IMG/VR virus record: IMGVR_UViG_3300036802_000312
Length of the DNA: 64,000 nt
Reading direction: 5' to 3' (one strand)
From: an uncultured virus (IMG/VR IMGVR_UViG_3300036802_000312)
Lineage: Duplodnaviria; Heunggongvirae; Uroviricota; Caudoviricetes
A model generated the notes under the pieces. That model was not told the DNA's origin, made no database searches, and saw only the letters and a list, made by a program, of their open reading frames with translations. This document shows, piece after piece, positions 26,700 to 37,443 of this stretch (the stretch's first letter is position 1; every line of letters starts with the position of its first letter). The position numbers and the translations under genes were made by a program.

Positions 26700-27170
26700 A
26701 TGTTAAATCGAATTATTTTAATTGGTCGTCTCACTCGTGATCCTGAGCTTCGTTATACTCCCGCAGGAGTAGCCGTAACCCAATTTACACTTGCAGTAGA
26801 TCGGAACTTTACAGGTCAGAACGGTGAACGCGAAGCAGACTTTATTCCCGTTGTAACTTGGAGACAATTAGCTGAAACAGTTGCTAATTATACAAAAAAA
26901 GGTCGTCTTGTTGCAGTTGAAGGTAGAATACAGGTTAGAAACTATGAAAACAACGAAGGTAAACGTGTGTATGTAACGGAAGTTATTGCTGATAATGTGA
27001 GATTTTTGGAATCACAAAGTTCCAATAATGGTCAAAATACTGGTAGTTCGACACAACAATCTAACAGTTCCAGTACGAATAATGTCAACAATTCATATAA
27101 CTCAACCATTGATCCATTTCAAGGTGATGGTAAGCCAATCGATATTTCAGATGATGATCTGCCATTCTAA
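26700..27170 (+). CDS. ssb: single-stranded DNA-binding protein
   Basis: [19 protein letters not shown]...DDDLPF; SD AGGAGG. Confidence 0.97.
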   Translation: MLNRIILIGRLTRDPELRYTPAGVAVTQFTLAVDRNFTGQNGEREADFIPVVTWRQLAETVANYTKKGRLVAVEGRIQVRNYENNEGKRVYVTEVIADNVRFLESQSSNNGQNTGSSTQQSNSSSTNNVNNSYNSTIDPFQGDGKPIDISDDDLPF

Positions 27171-27386
27171 GTTTAAACAGAATAGTAAGAGTAAAAAAAG
27201 GAACACATCTTTAAAAGATGTGTTTTTTTTCTGATTAAGCAAAGAGTCTGGACATTCGCTATGCCTAATATAGACGACCATTCATCGCTCTTTGAAACAA
27301 CAAGACAACAAAAAATGGATACTTTTACATGATCTCTGTGATAGAATAAAAGTATATATTAACTCAATTGATAAGGACGGGATTCG

Positions 27387-27815
27387 ATGAAGTTGATTCC
27401 ACTAAAGCAATGGTACTGTGATCACTGTGGAAAAATAATTCTAAAAGCAGAAGATGGCTATTTCGAATGGAAAGAAAACACAGATGGTATAAACTATGGA
27501 TTTAGAATCGTTCACTTCAAATCTTGTCAATATGATGATAGAACCTTTTCTTCAAATGAATGTATACAAGATTTACAATTAGATGAATTTGTTGAAGCTG
27601 ACGGAATGGTACGATTGTTAGAAATACTTGAACGGAGACAGTTCAGAGATAAAAAAGAATTCCTCGAAATGTTTCATCGTCTCCAGGTTCCCTATTATGA
27701 AGAAGCTCGAACCTATCTTGAGCAAGCATTTAGAGAGGGATATATAGACGACATTGAAGATCATGGCATTAAATTCTCCTATAACGCTTTGTCAATCATA
27801 ACAAAATATGCATAG
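27387..27815 (+). CDS. hypothetical protein (CxxC)
   Basis: LKQWYCDHCG..RLQVPYYEEAR. Confidence 0.75.
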   Translation: MKLIPLKQWYCDHCGKIILKAEDGYFEWKENTDGINYGFRIVHFKSCQYDDRTFSSNECIQDLQLDEFVEADGMVRLLEILERRQFRDKKEFLEMFHRLQVPYYEEARTYLEQAFREGYIDDIEDHGIKFSYNALSIITKYA

Positions 27816-27875
27816 ATGTAAATGAGCTTCTTCTATGTGAAGGAGCTTTTTTCTTTTAAAAGAGAGGTGAGGGAT

Positions 27876-28130
27876 ATGCGTTCAAAACTAAGATGTACGA
27901 TTTGTAATACCCCATTTCCTATTAATCGAACAAGACCGCGTGAAACCAATCATTTAAAGCCGATTTGGTGCTATGTATGTAAGAAGAGAACACTATTTAA
28001 AGAGAACACTTTAATACTCCCTAAGAAAAACAGAAGACGCTCTGAAGAAAAATTGATAGATGAATTGCAATTACTAAACTGGGAAGAGATTTTTGATATT
28101 AACCAGGATAACGAAAGTAATAATCATTAG
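27876..28130 (+). CDS. zinc-ribbon protein with ribosomal L33-like N-terminus
   Basis: MR.KLRCTIC...WCYVCKKRTLFKE; SD GAGGTG. Confidence 0.5.
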   Translation: MRSKLRCTICNTPFPINRTRPRETNHLKPIWCYVCKKRTLFKENTLILPKKNRRRSEEKLIDELQLLNWEEIFDINQDNESNNH

Positions 28131-28238
28131 TCCAATTAAACTTTTCATTGATATCTAATAATTAGAGTACGGTGGATATATAATAAAGAAACTTTTAAAC
28201 AGGAAAATTGATAAATTTAAATAAAGGAGTTTTTTGAT

Positions 28239-28838
28239 ATGAATGTTAGTTATGAGCTTGTAGCAGGCTGTTTGTATACTTGGGATAGTGGGGACTCCAA
28301 GTTTTTTATATTTGTAAAAAGTATTGATGATAATGAAGGAATTTGTAGTACCCTTGTTGCAAATGATGGGGACTTATATGAGAGAGAGTATAATGTCGGT
28401 TTTTTTAAAACGGAAAATGTGAGATTTTCATATTTTGACGAAAGGAAAGAATTCCTCTCCTTAAATCCATTCCAGGAGCCATGGTTAGAGCAAACTATCG
28501 AGACATTAGTAAAGAAGCATTGGAATACCTCGAATAGACCGTCAATTACGCTTGATCCAGTTGAACGTATAGGGATTGAATTTTTAGGTGCATACGATGC
28601 ACCAACAGAAAGTTTGGTGTTTCATTCAGGAATGATTGCATTATTAAGTGAAGAAGAAATGAAAATGGTTGTACTTCACGAGCTTTGTCACTGGTATTTA
28701 CATATAACCGGAGAAGCTTATTTAGATGAAGACATTCGTTTTGCAGAGGAAATCATTCGTGTAGGGGCTGATGAAACGATTAATTTTCACAGAGAGAATG
28801 CAAAACATGCTTATGAACAAGCTAAATTATCAAAGTGA
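28239..28838 (+). CDS. SprT-like zinc metallopeptidase domain protein
   Basis: HELCH (HExxH) motif. Confidence 0.7.
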   Translation: MNVSYELVAGCLYTWDSGDSKFFIFVKSIDDNEGICSTLVANDGDLYEREYNVGFFKTENVRFSYFDERKEFLSLNPFQEPWLEQTIETLVKKHWNTSNRPSITLDPVERIGIEFLGAYDAPTESLVFHSGMIALLSEEEMKMVVLHELCHWYLHITGEAYLDEDIRFAEEIIRVGADETINFHRENAKHAYEQAKLSK

Positions 28839-29146
28839 ATATTTTTAGCAAAGAACTGGTCAACTGATTAGTTCTTTTTTATTTATGGCTCTTATAGATT
28901 TTAGTATTGTTATTTGACAAATTGGTTCAAGTGGTTGTAAACCTTCATTGATGAGAAGGAAATTGTTAAAGCAAGACAATTTCTTGTCAATAGTTCTACC
29001 AAAATGATAGATACTAATTTGTATCAATATCGAACAAGAGGTCATCTATATATATATAATAGATAGAATTATATTTGATTGTACCAAATATAATATAGCA
29101 TAATCATTACAAGGCGATATTTAATCAATTTACAAGGAGGTTTAAA

Positions 29147-29446
29147 ATGTTATATGAAAAATGTAGAGAAATGTTGGTTGTTGATATTTCTATGGGAATT
29201 ACACAATTAGATACCATTAGGAAAGTATTATCATTGGCAGATGAAGGGTGCAAAAAATTATCATTGCTTGATATTGAAAATTTGTGGCATCAACACGAGA
29301 ATTGGCATGGAAGAGAAATTGCAGTTGATAAAGATGGGATGAAAAGATACATTAAGTGGATATCTGAAGATTTTGTATCTGCTGAAGAAATGAGAATGAT
29401 TTACGCAGGTATTGATAAATTATTTGACACAAAAGACCTCTTTTAA
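29147..29446 (+). CDS. hypothetical protein
   Basis: SD AAGGAGG. Confidence 0.7.
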   Translation: MLYEKCREMLVVDISMGITQLDTIRKVLSLADEGCKKLSLLDIENLWHQHENWHGREIAVDKDGMKRYIKWISEDFVSAEEMRMIYAGIDKLFDTKDLF

Positions 29447-30010
29447 TTCATTTATACAGCAAGACTAAAATCTAACAGAGCGTTATTTAATAAATAAAAC
29501 AAGTTAAATGATTGCTGGAGAATAAGGGTCAGTTTTGAAACATTAATCGGAGAATGTTCGTATTTAGGAGTTTGGCCACTCATATTTCACAAGAAATTGT
29601 TCGGATATTGGAATGTCTGATTTTTACGTGTGAACTGAATATAATCAGAATGAAATTATTAATAAGGAATAGTCAATAGAACTTATGTTGAAAGAGAGTA
29701 TCTTATGTGTTTTGGGTAGTTGGAAACCACAAAAGCTATGTAGAAGAATATGTTAATTCTCAAAATGAATAAAATTGATTTAATAGTTCATAGAAGGGAA
29801 AATAATACAAAGATTAATTAGAAGCTTCCTAAACAGGAGGCTTTTTCATTTTATGGAAATCGCCTCAGAAACGATTAATAAGGTAATCCCCTCTCTAAAT
29901 ATATTTAAATCGATCTGAGAGGCTCCTAAAGGGATGTATTTAGACCTATATGAAAGATATTTTTGCGAAATTCGAAACAAGAAAGATTAGAAATATAATG
30001 CAAGTAAATA

Positions 30011-30024
30011 AGAACGTAAGTTCT
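30011..30024. promoter_or_regulatory. LexA/DinR (SOS) box candidate
   Basis: aGAAC-gtaa-GTTCt. Confidence 0.45.
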
Positions 30025-30213
30025 CATAAGATCTATGCATTATTGTTGAAAACTCTTCTTTTCGACAATTATACATTGATTTTAACAAATTCGATCTTAA
30101 TTGTAAAAAGTAATTGACAAAATACATTATATATCCTTTAATTTAAGGGTAGGTGTCCAGTAAAATATACCTATATTTTAATAATTCAAGTAATACTATG
30201 AGGGGGTTAGTTA

Positions 30214-30537
30214 ATGTCTGCTGAAATAAAAAATGGGTTAACATTAGACGCATTACATGAGGAAATCACAAAAGAGCTTTTTCCATTTATCACATTTAGA
30301 GTCCAAATGGGAAATGAAATTGTTTCGAATGTTACAATTCCCAACTGCCGATTTAGAGAAACTGACAATAAGGATCTTATAGAGGCTCGTAGTTGTGATT
30401 GTGGGGGGACGATTTGTGGAAATCCTACACAATCTTTATTTTTATCAAAAAATCAAATGAAAAATTATCTCTTAATAGAGAAAAATTCTATAAATTTTTA
30501 TGTGTTTTTGTATATTCTGCATAATCAAGAAATTTAA
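30214..30537 (+). CDS. hypothetical protein
   Basis: SD GAGGGGG. Confidence 0.6.
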   Translation: MSAEIKNGLTLDALHEEITKELFPFITFRVQMGNEIVSNVTIPNCRFRETDNKDLIEARSCDCGGTICGNPTQSLFLSKNQMKNYLLIEKNSINFYVFLYILHNQEI

Positions 30538-30645
30538 TTAAATTTTAAATAATCATATTGACTAAAAACAAAATAATATTGTTAATTTCCTATAAACGGT
30601 TTATTATTAGGAGATAAGAAAAAAGTTAAAAAAAGGAGATTTTCA

Positions 30646-31908
30646 ATGATAGACTTCGTTGAGTTGTCAAAAATAACGTGTAACTGCTTAGAAATCGGTA
30701 TGGATCTACCTCGTAGACCTACCACTCCTCACGAAATTATCGGTTTAGTAAACCGAAAAAAAATAATTCAAAAAATATATCAAGCTCTATTTGATGATGA
30801 ATTGTTTGAAGAGTATGTTGAAAATTATACATATGATAAAAAGATTGACCTTTATGAAGTTGACATACGAGTATCATCAACTCAAAAAGGCTTTCGTTTT
30901 TCTGCTAATAAATTTTTAGTTTGTTCCGTTGAAAATGAAAGCGATATTTACAAATTGATAATTCCTTTAAACAAAGAAAACACAGAACTATATTTGTATG
31001 GAATAATCTCTTTTATGGAACCAACTCTAATGTTGGAATGGCTTGAGTATGGGTTTATTTCTAAAAGCAAGCAAACTACAAAAGAAACCCGGATTCATAA
31101 TAAATTCGCATATTCTCTTGAAAAGGGAAAGAAAGGTGAGAAAGAGATTACTCCTCAAGAGTACTTTTACAGATGTCTTCTCGAAGATGCAGCATTACTC
31201 TTTTTTACTGAAATCAATAATGGTCGTATTAAAAACACATCATTCAATCCACGTGATTTAAACCTTCTTCGAATATGGAGCATTATGAATATTGAATGTT
31301 TTAGTCAAAATACGATAGATATCGTTAAACCGACTAAAAGAATCCTAATTGATAAAAGATGGGAGAGATTCAAATCTTTCTTCGACTGGTCAATTAACAA
31401 TCAATTAGAAGACTCAATATCCATGCGAAGAATAGACACTTCATCTGATTATTCCCCAATTAATTGCACTTGGGTCTCTAAAGTAAATAAAAACAAAGAT
31501 ATAATAAGCTTTTCTGCCGAAAGGTATTACTGGCATTATTTTGATCATTTTTATTATCCAACATCAAGAATCCGATTAACTCCGATTATTATTTTTGGTG
31601 AGAAGACATCGTTAATCGAATTGAGTGCTAAGTATAAAATACCAGGTCATATTATTATGGGAAGAGTTTATAGTGGTTTGAAAGACGGAGATTTAATAAC
31701 ACCGGTTATTAAAGAACCTGCAACTCGCATTTATAGTTCCATAACGATTGATGGTGTGACCAAAAGCCCTAAAGAATGGTCTGAACTATCTGGTGTACCT
31801 GTTAATACGATTATTTCACGTTTACGCTATGAATGGACTGGTGCAAAATTACTAAAACCGTCTCGTCGAAAGAAAGTGAAGAATGATGAAGAAGATGAAA
31901 AAATATGA
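30646..31908 (+). CDS. degenerate HNH-like nuclease fusion with C-terminal HTH repeats
   Basis: RW..F.SF.DW..SMRRID...YSP.NC.W; ITIDGVTKS..EWSELSG. Confidence 0.65.
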   Translation: MIDFVELSKITCNCLEIGMDLPRRPTTPHEIIGLVNRKKIIQKIYQALFDDELFEEYVENYTYDKKIDLYEVDIRVSSTQKGFRFSANKFLVCSVENESDIYKLIIPLNKENTELYLYGIISFMEPTLMLEWLEYGFISKSKQTTKETRIHNKFAYSLEKGKKGEKEITPQEYFYRCLLEDAALLFFTEINNGRIKNTSFNPRDLNLLRIWSIMNIECFSQNTIDIVKPTKRILIDKRWERFKSFFDWSINNQLEDSISMRRIDTSSDYSPINCTWVSKVNKNKDIISFSAERYYWHYFDHFYYPTSRIRLTPIIIFGEKTSLIELSAKYKIPGHIIMGRVYSGLKDGDLITPVIKEPATRIYSSITIDGVTKSPKEWSELSGVPVNTIISRLRYEWTGAKLLKPSRRKKVKNDEEDEKI

Positions 31909-32488
31909 GATCATAGCAAAATTGTATAATCGATTATTTCATGATAGGATAGCTATTTTTTTCTACTTATGTCTGCTTGGATTTCTATTGTCACTTGTTG
32001 TATATCCTCTGACAGATGATTTGTGGGGCTTCTTCCTATATATCTCAATTGTTGCAGGAATACTGACCCTGACAACTGTCCGTCTAAGCAACAACAGTGT
32101 TTACAGTCGTTTAACGAAACATTTAAGTATGAACATTCGTAGTTTTGAGGGCTATCATCGATTTAATTATATAGAAGATCGTGCTTCAATTGCAAAGCTC
32201 TACCAAGAAGAATTCATTGTAGCTATCGAATCAGCACATCGTAAGCGTTATAAAACGATCAAGATGACGACTCATGCTTGGGTCTATGAACAAGTTATAT
32301 TACATCCAAGAATTCAATCTATTTATTCACCCAAAGCGAAGGAATCTGGATCATGTAAAGCTCCCTTAGAAATCGTATTATTAGTGACCCCATCAGTTAT
32401 TCGGAGTGAACCATCAAAGATATACGAATTAGCAACTCGGAGCCGAAAACAGTATAAGATTATTTTGAAATTGAAGACTGAAATCTAA
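31883..32488 (+). CDS. membrane protein
   Basis: two TM helices. Confidence 0.7.
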   Translation: MMKKMKKYEIIAKLYNRLFHDRIAIFFYLCLLGFLLSLVVYPLTDDLWGFFLYISIVAGILTLTTVRLSNNSVYSRLTKHLSMNIRSFEGYHRFNYIEDRASIAKLYQEEFIVAIESAHRKRYKTIKMTTHAWVYEQVILHPRIQSIYSPKAKESGSCKAPLEIVLLVTPSVIRSEPSKIYELATRSRKQYKIILKLKTEI

Positions 32489-32682
32489 AATGAAATAAAG
32501 AAGAACCCTCATTTAAAGGGGTTCTTTTTAGGTTTTCTTCCGGAATTCTAATGAGAAATGAGTCTAATTTAATATGATTATTGAAGAATTATGCGAGTGA
32601 GGGAAGAGTAGTAGTTGTAGATTGACCTTAATTGACCTATATTTAAAATCGAGTTATACTTAAGGGAAATACATCCATTGGA

Positions 32683-33357
32683 GTGATTAAAATGGTAATG
32701 AGTAATGAGGAAAAAGAGGTCAATTGGAGCAATTTCATTAATAACTTTTTCCCTGGTGGTGTTCCTGAGACAAAGCTTTGGACTGGAGCGAGTGTAATTG
32801 CGGAACAACTCAACAATATTGGCTACGCCAAGAGTCGTGCATTCAATCATACATTTATGCCAGGTGGAGGCGGTCTTGATTTAACCTCTGCACAAATATC
32901 AACGTTAGAACCAGGATGTATTGAAATCAATTTCGATAGTATTAAACATGTAGTTAAGCCTTCAAAATTATACTTTCATTCCTTTTATTCTGACCCTCAA
33001 TGGTTTTATTTCCGTCTGGAGACAGACAATTTAAAACCTTCAGGCGTGTATAAAAATAGTGCTGGATTAGATTTTGAAGAAGTTTGTCGATTACCTGAAG
33101 GTGAATTAATTGACAGAAGTTATTATGATTACGGGTATTATAGATCAGATGAAAGTGGCAGAGAAATACGATTACCAAGTGGTTCTGAAGTTGTTATCCG
33201 TCAATTCGGGGGAAGCTTTGTTATTTTCGGAAAATTCTCAGCTTATAACCAAAATAGTTCGACTTACGATGGGCGACACAATAAGATGACAAATGATGAG
33301 TTTAGATCTCATATTCAATCAGTTATTGATTATTTAAAATCAAAATCGGCAAAATAA
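32683..33357 (+). CDS. conserved hypothetical protein
   Basis: NHTFMPGGGGLDL..YDGRHNKM; no kinase motifs seen. Confidence 0.75.
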   Translation: MIKMVMSNEEKEVNWSNFINNFFPGGVPETKLWTGASVIAEQLNNIGYAKSRAFNHTFMPGGGGLDLTSAQISTLEPGCIEINFDSIKHVVKPSKLYFHSFYSDPQWFYFRLETDNLKPSGVYKNSAGLDFEEVCRLPEGELIDRSYYDYGYYRSDESGREIRLPSGSEVVIRQFGGSFVIFGKFSAYNQNSSTYDGRHNKMTNDEFRSHIQSVIDYLKSKSAK

Positions 33358-33680
33358 TTATCATTAAAACGTGCTGATCCGTAAGGATCGGCTTTTTTAT
33401 TTAATCGGGATGAATAGGAGTACCTATCAATCATCGCGGTTGCTACATGATCTGTTCCAGTTTTATTTATAGTTAGGCAGGATGATTATCAGGATAGTAT
33501 GGATAACGATAACTATATTTATTCCGAAAACAACACTTTTCGGAAATTATATGCACAAAAAAATGGTTTTAAAGCACAATAATGAGAGAAACACACTGAA
33601 AAACTTGAAAATGATGACTACGGAGATTTATATAACAATAATTAAGAGCCGTCATTTGACGACTCTTAATATGATACAAC

Positions 33681-34085
33681 TTATGCCGTTTCACTTTTAA
33701 ATGATTCCCACATAGATGTGAAATCTAAAATGAATCTGTCGATATCAATCCCGCCGTTCATCAATACCAACTCATTAATAATCTTCTCTGGAACGCCATG
33801 AAACTTAGCCAATAAATACTCGTTATGTGTCCATACCGAACCATAATTCCACAGCTTTAGCGGAGCCTTATAATCTCCCTCGATGATTTCAATGCTTATA
33901 TTTCGATAAACATTGTTCTTTTTGAGTTTGTGATATTTAGGATCCATATCAATAAAGAACTGAACACCATTCTGAGAATAAAACACGATTGTCAGACTTG
34001 ATTGGTACGCTTCATCTACGGAAATATCACAATGTTTCGCCTTGATTTCCATCGTTTTCATGATCAATTGTCTAATCGTCACCAT
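33681..34085 (-). CDS. hypothetical protein, tandem paralog 2
   Basis: strong similarity to 34201-34593. Confidence 0.8.
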   Translation of the reverse strand: MVTIRQLIMKTMEIKAKHCDISVDEAYQSSLTIVFYSQNGVQFFIDMDPKYHKLKKNNVYRNISIEIIEGDYKAPLKLWNYGSVWTHNEYLLAKFHGVPEKIINELVLMNGGIDIDRFILDFTSMWESFKSETA

Positions 34086-34200
34086 ATAAATATCCCTCTT
34101 TCAGCCTGATATACAGGTCTTTTTAATGTATAATTCCTCTAAAAAATAGTTTTAAAATCAACTGTTATATAAAAATCCATTGAGCAATTAATACTTATGC

Positions 34201-34593
34201 TTATCCTAAAGATTTCCACATAGTTGTAGAATCCGAAATGAATCTGTCGATATCAATCCCCCCGTTCATCAACATAAATTCATTCACCATTTTTTCGGGC
34301 ATGTTATAAAACCTTGCCAAAGGAATGACGTTATTTGTCCATATCGAACCAAAATTCCATATCTCTTGGGGAGCTTTATAATCACCCTTCATGATATTAA
34401 TGTCTATTTTTCGATATACATTATTCTTCTTGAGCTTGTTGTAATTCGGATGCATGACTATAAAAAACTCAACACCATTCCGAGAATAAAAGACCACTGA
34501 TAGACTTGTTTTGAACGCTTCATCTACAGAAATGTTACAACATTGCGCCTTAAATTCCATTGTTTTCTCAATGAGTTGTCTAATCGTAGTCAT
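34201..34593 (-). CDS. hypothetical protein, tandem paralog 1
   Basis: M.TIRQLI.KTME.KA..C.ISVDEA shared. Confidence 0.8.
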   Translation of the reverse strand: MTTIRQLIEKTMEFKAQCCNISVDEAFKTSLSVVFYSRNGVEFFIVMHPNYNKLKKNNVYRKIDINIMKGDYKAPQEIWNFGSIWTNNVIPLARFYNMPEKMVNEFMLMNGGIDIDRFISDSTTMWKSLG

Positions 34594-34782
34594 AAAATAC
34601 CCTCTTTCCGCCTGTTTTAAATAAAAGTCATGGAAACTTCCTGTTTTATTAAATATCGCTTTATTTTATACTTAGCTATTGGAATTTATAATGTTTTTTG
34701 CAACTGAATAGTAACCATTGGTTGAAGTTTTTTAGCTATCTTATTGTAGAATTATGTCGAAAATCCTAATTTTCGGAATAAA

Positions 34783-34810
34783 AGTTTACATAATTAATAT
34801 TATGTTAACA
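34783..34810. other. dif-like site 1 (11-6-11)
   Basis: AGTTTACATAA-TTAATA-TTATGTTAACA; arms match the XerD/RipX arm TTATGTAAACT. Confidence 0.65.
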
Positions 34811-35132
34811 GATTATTGAAATTTATATAATCAAGAAAAAATACTTAGAATCCAAACTTTCCTTATCATTTCTTTCAATTCTTAGCAACCTCCCCTTCCT
34901 ATATTAGAATAAGAAAAGGTTTACCCTCACTCGACATTCACAAATATCCGATTAGATAGAGCATTGCTCTCCCCTACTATTAAATCTATAAAAAGCTCGT
35001 TTTCGTAATTTTATCAACGTATATCTATAAATGACACTCAGAATAGCTACTATTATTCCTTATATACAAAACAGTAAGCCACATCCATGGTATCGCATTC
35101 CCCTATTACCAGATTTAATCTGATAACCCTTG

Positions 35133-35146
35133 CGAACATGTGTACG
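35133..35146 (+). promoter_or_regulatory. SOS-box-like site overlapping a sigmaA promoter of the recombinase
   Basis: CGAAC-atgt-GTACG within TTGCGA-18-TACAAT. Confidence 0.45.
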
Positions 35147-35182
35147 ATTACCCTACAATAGAGTTATCGAGGTGAATATCAT

Positions 35183-36337
35183 TTGAAAAAATCAATGGAA
35201 AATCAAGTAAGAGAAAAACTTCGGGAAAGACTCATTCTTCTTCCTGAGTTTGCAGTAGACTTCTTGTATCTTTTAGAAAACTCCACAGAAATACAAACCA
35301 GATATGAATATGCGAAAGATATTTCATTGTTTTTAGAGTTCTTACTTTCTTCTCATAAATGTTCAGTGTCTTCAATGAAGGAAATCAAGCCAGATGATTT
35401 AAATCTATTAACAGATCGTGACTTAATCGATTTTTTTGATTATCTTTCTTCTTACTCAAAAAGTTATATATCAAGTACAGGAAAAGAAGTGATAATGGAA
35501 TTTTCAAATGCTCCAGTTGGAAAAGCAAGAAAACTGGCTACTTTGCGAAAGCTTTTCAGACATTTATTCATAAAGAAGCTGATATCAAAAGATATCACAC
35601 CAAATATTGAAATTAAGATTCCTTCAAAAGTTAAAGTGAAACAACGATTAACACCAGATGAAGTACAACGTATGTTTTCAACAATTATGGATGATCTTTT
35701 TATTGAAGGTTCGAGATCAATTAAATTTCATGAAAAAGTTAAGCATCGAGATTATATCATTACACTTCTCCTTGCATACACAGGTATTCGAATAAGTGAA
35801 TTGGTTCAACTTGATATTTCAGATGTTAGATTGCAAAAACAAACAATTGTTGTGACACGAAAAGGTGGCGACGAACAAGAAATCACAATGCCTGAACGAA
35901 TTATCGAAGATATCTCAGCCTACATTGAACATAGAAAACTTCTTACGAATGTGTCAAAGAAGGATCATAATGCCTTGTTTATATCGTTACATAAAAAACG
36001 TATTGATCCGAAAACTGTTCGTGCTTTATTGGACAAGTATTCAGTACGAAGCCAAATCTCAATTCACGTAACACCCCATGTTTTCAGAAGAACATTTGGT
36101 ACAAATCATTACAATACGTATGAAGACATGTTTTTAACCGCTCAGATTCTTGGTCATGCTTCCGCAGAGACAACTCGTAAATTCTATGCCGATCCTTCTG
36201 AGGAACGTGTGAATCGATCAATGAAACAATTTGAATATAAGCAAGACTTTCCACTGGTTGAGAATAAAGGAAAACTACAAACTCTCGCCAATAAACTGGG
36301 TATAAGCGTAGATGATTTAATTAAGGAATTAGGATAA
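35183..36337 (+). CDS. Xer-family (XerS-like) tyrosine recombinase
   Basis: TGIRISEL, RKGG, TPHVFRRT, LGHAS, FY (R-K-H-R-H-Y); SD GAGGTG, TTG start. Confidence 0.92.
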   Translation: MKKSMENQVREKLRERLILLPEFAVDFLYLLENSTEIQTRYEYAKDISLFLEFLLSSHKCSVSSMKEIKPDDLNLLTDRDLIDFFDYLSSYSKSYISSTGKEVIMEFSNAPVGKARKLATLRKLFRHLFIKKLISKDITPNIEIKIPSKVKVKQRLTPDEVQRMFSTIMDDLFIEGSRSIKFHEKVKHRDYIITLLLAYTGIRISELVQLDISDVRLQKQTIVVTRKGGDEQEITMPERIIEDISAYIEHRKLLTNVSKKDHNALFISLHKKRIDPKTVRALLDKYSVRSQISIHVTPHVFRRTFGTNHYNTYEDMFLTAQILGHASAETTRKFYADPSEERVNRSMKQFEYKQDFPLVENKGKLQTLANKLGISVDDLIKELG

Positions 36338-36486
36338 ACATAACTTCCTTGAAATGATTTTCTATTCATGTCATGATTGAGGTGAAGCACGAGGCTGTTA
36401 GAGACATTGCAAAATCTGACGGATCGACAATAGACAATTCTATGATAAGTCCTGAAATGTCCCTTGGAGCGCCTCTCTGAGTCGTT

Positions 36487-36521
36487 AAAAAAGAGCTGAG
36501 AGTAATTCCTCAGCTCTTTTT
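36487..36521. terminator. bidirectional terminator
   Basis: AAAAAAGAGCTGAG...CTCAGCTCTTTTT. Confidence 0.8.
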
Positions 36522-36534
36522 ATATTTATATTTT

Positions 36535-37443
36535 TCATCTTGCTACAGCAATTTGCTTATTGGTGTTGCGACCAACTTTTTCTAATTCAAACCTGGCTTT
36601 TAGTTCATCCAATTTGGATTGGGTTACATGTTTTGTTTTATAAACACTTACATATAACTCGAATGCTTCTTTCGATAAACAAACACCTAAGCCTTTTTGA
36701 TAATGCATTTCTAATATCTTATCTTGTAACTTTTCAAGTTCTATTTTCGTATATTCAAAAACAATCTCTTTTTTCTTAATCTCAAGTGATGAAAAGATTT
36801 CTTCAATCATTTCGTCTATGTTAAACAATCGGCATACATAATGGCATGCTACTCCTGTTATATAGCATTTTGATTGAGAAGCTGCTCTTGAATCTTCGAA
36901 CCACTTTTCAACACTATACTTGAGGAATGAATCGATATCCTGTATATTTCGAAAAATATAAGAAGAGTATTGCTTAGATCTCTCTTGCCCACAATATTTA
37001 CAACCATGACCTGAATTGAAATTATTCCAGGTAGTTTCTAAATTTCCTTTATCTATATGTTTCCGACAAGCGTAAATTAGTTTCTTATTGCTTCTTTCAT
37101 AAGACGTTGAAATTAACAAATATCCTCTTTCTTCAAACTTTTCACGAATTACATTGATTGAAAGTTTGTTCTTAGAGATTTTCCCCTTTTGGCTACATGA
37201 TTTACATAAATCTTTGCAATAAGAAGGATCTTTTTTTCGTCTGGTATAGCTACTATAGATGATTCTTGAAATAGATCCGCAATCATCACATTTCACTTCT
37301 ACTGAGACAGATGATCCTTCTTGCACTTCATCTATTTTAACGACAAATATATCATTATTTTTTGTGAAAACGTAACCTTTTTCTTCATAGTATTTCTTGG
37401 AATTTCCATTCCATTTCATTTTGACTTGTTGTGTAAGTAACAT
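36535..37443 (-). CDS. zinc-ribbon repeat protein, homing-endonuclease-like
   Basis: KYYEEKGY, VKCDDCG, DLCKSC, GCKYC, CYITG. Confidence 0.65.
   Translation of the reverse strand: MLLTQQVKMKWNGNSKKYYEEKGYVFTKNNDIFVVKIDEVQEGSSVSVEVKCDDCGSISRIIYSSYTRRKKDPSYCKDLCKSCSQKGKISKNKLSINVIREKFEERGYLLISTSYERSNKKLIYACRKHIDKGNLETTWNNFNSGHGCKYCGQERSKQYSSYIFRNIQDIDSFLKYSVEKWFEDSRAASQSKCYITGVACHYVCRLFNIDEMIEEIFSSLEIKKKEIVFEYTKIELEKLQDKILEMHYQKGLGVCLSKEAFELYVSVYKTKHVTQSKLDELKARFELEKVGRNTNKQIAVAR

Noticed and set aside
32683..33357. Resembles C-terminal regions of proteins often labelled Ser/Thr kinase
   Set aside because: No kinase motifs (HRD/DFG) are present; left as hypothetical.
9613..33398. Repeated GCTGATC-loop-GATYRGC-T-run hairpins (about 9613, 10441, 20764, 33371)
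   Set aside because: All sit right after stop codons, so they are ordinary related intrinsic terminators, not CRISPR or REP arrays.
30061..34761. Perfect Spo0A boxes (TTCGACA 30061, TGTCGAA 34755)
   Set aside because: 7-mers are expected by chance in 64 kb; no supporting evidence.
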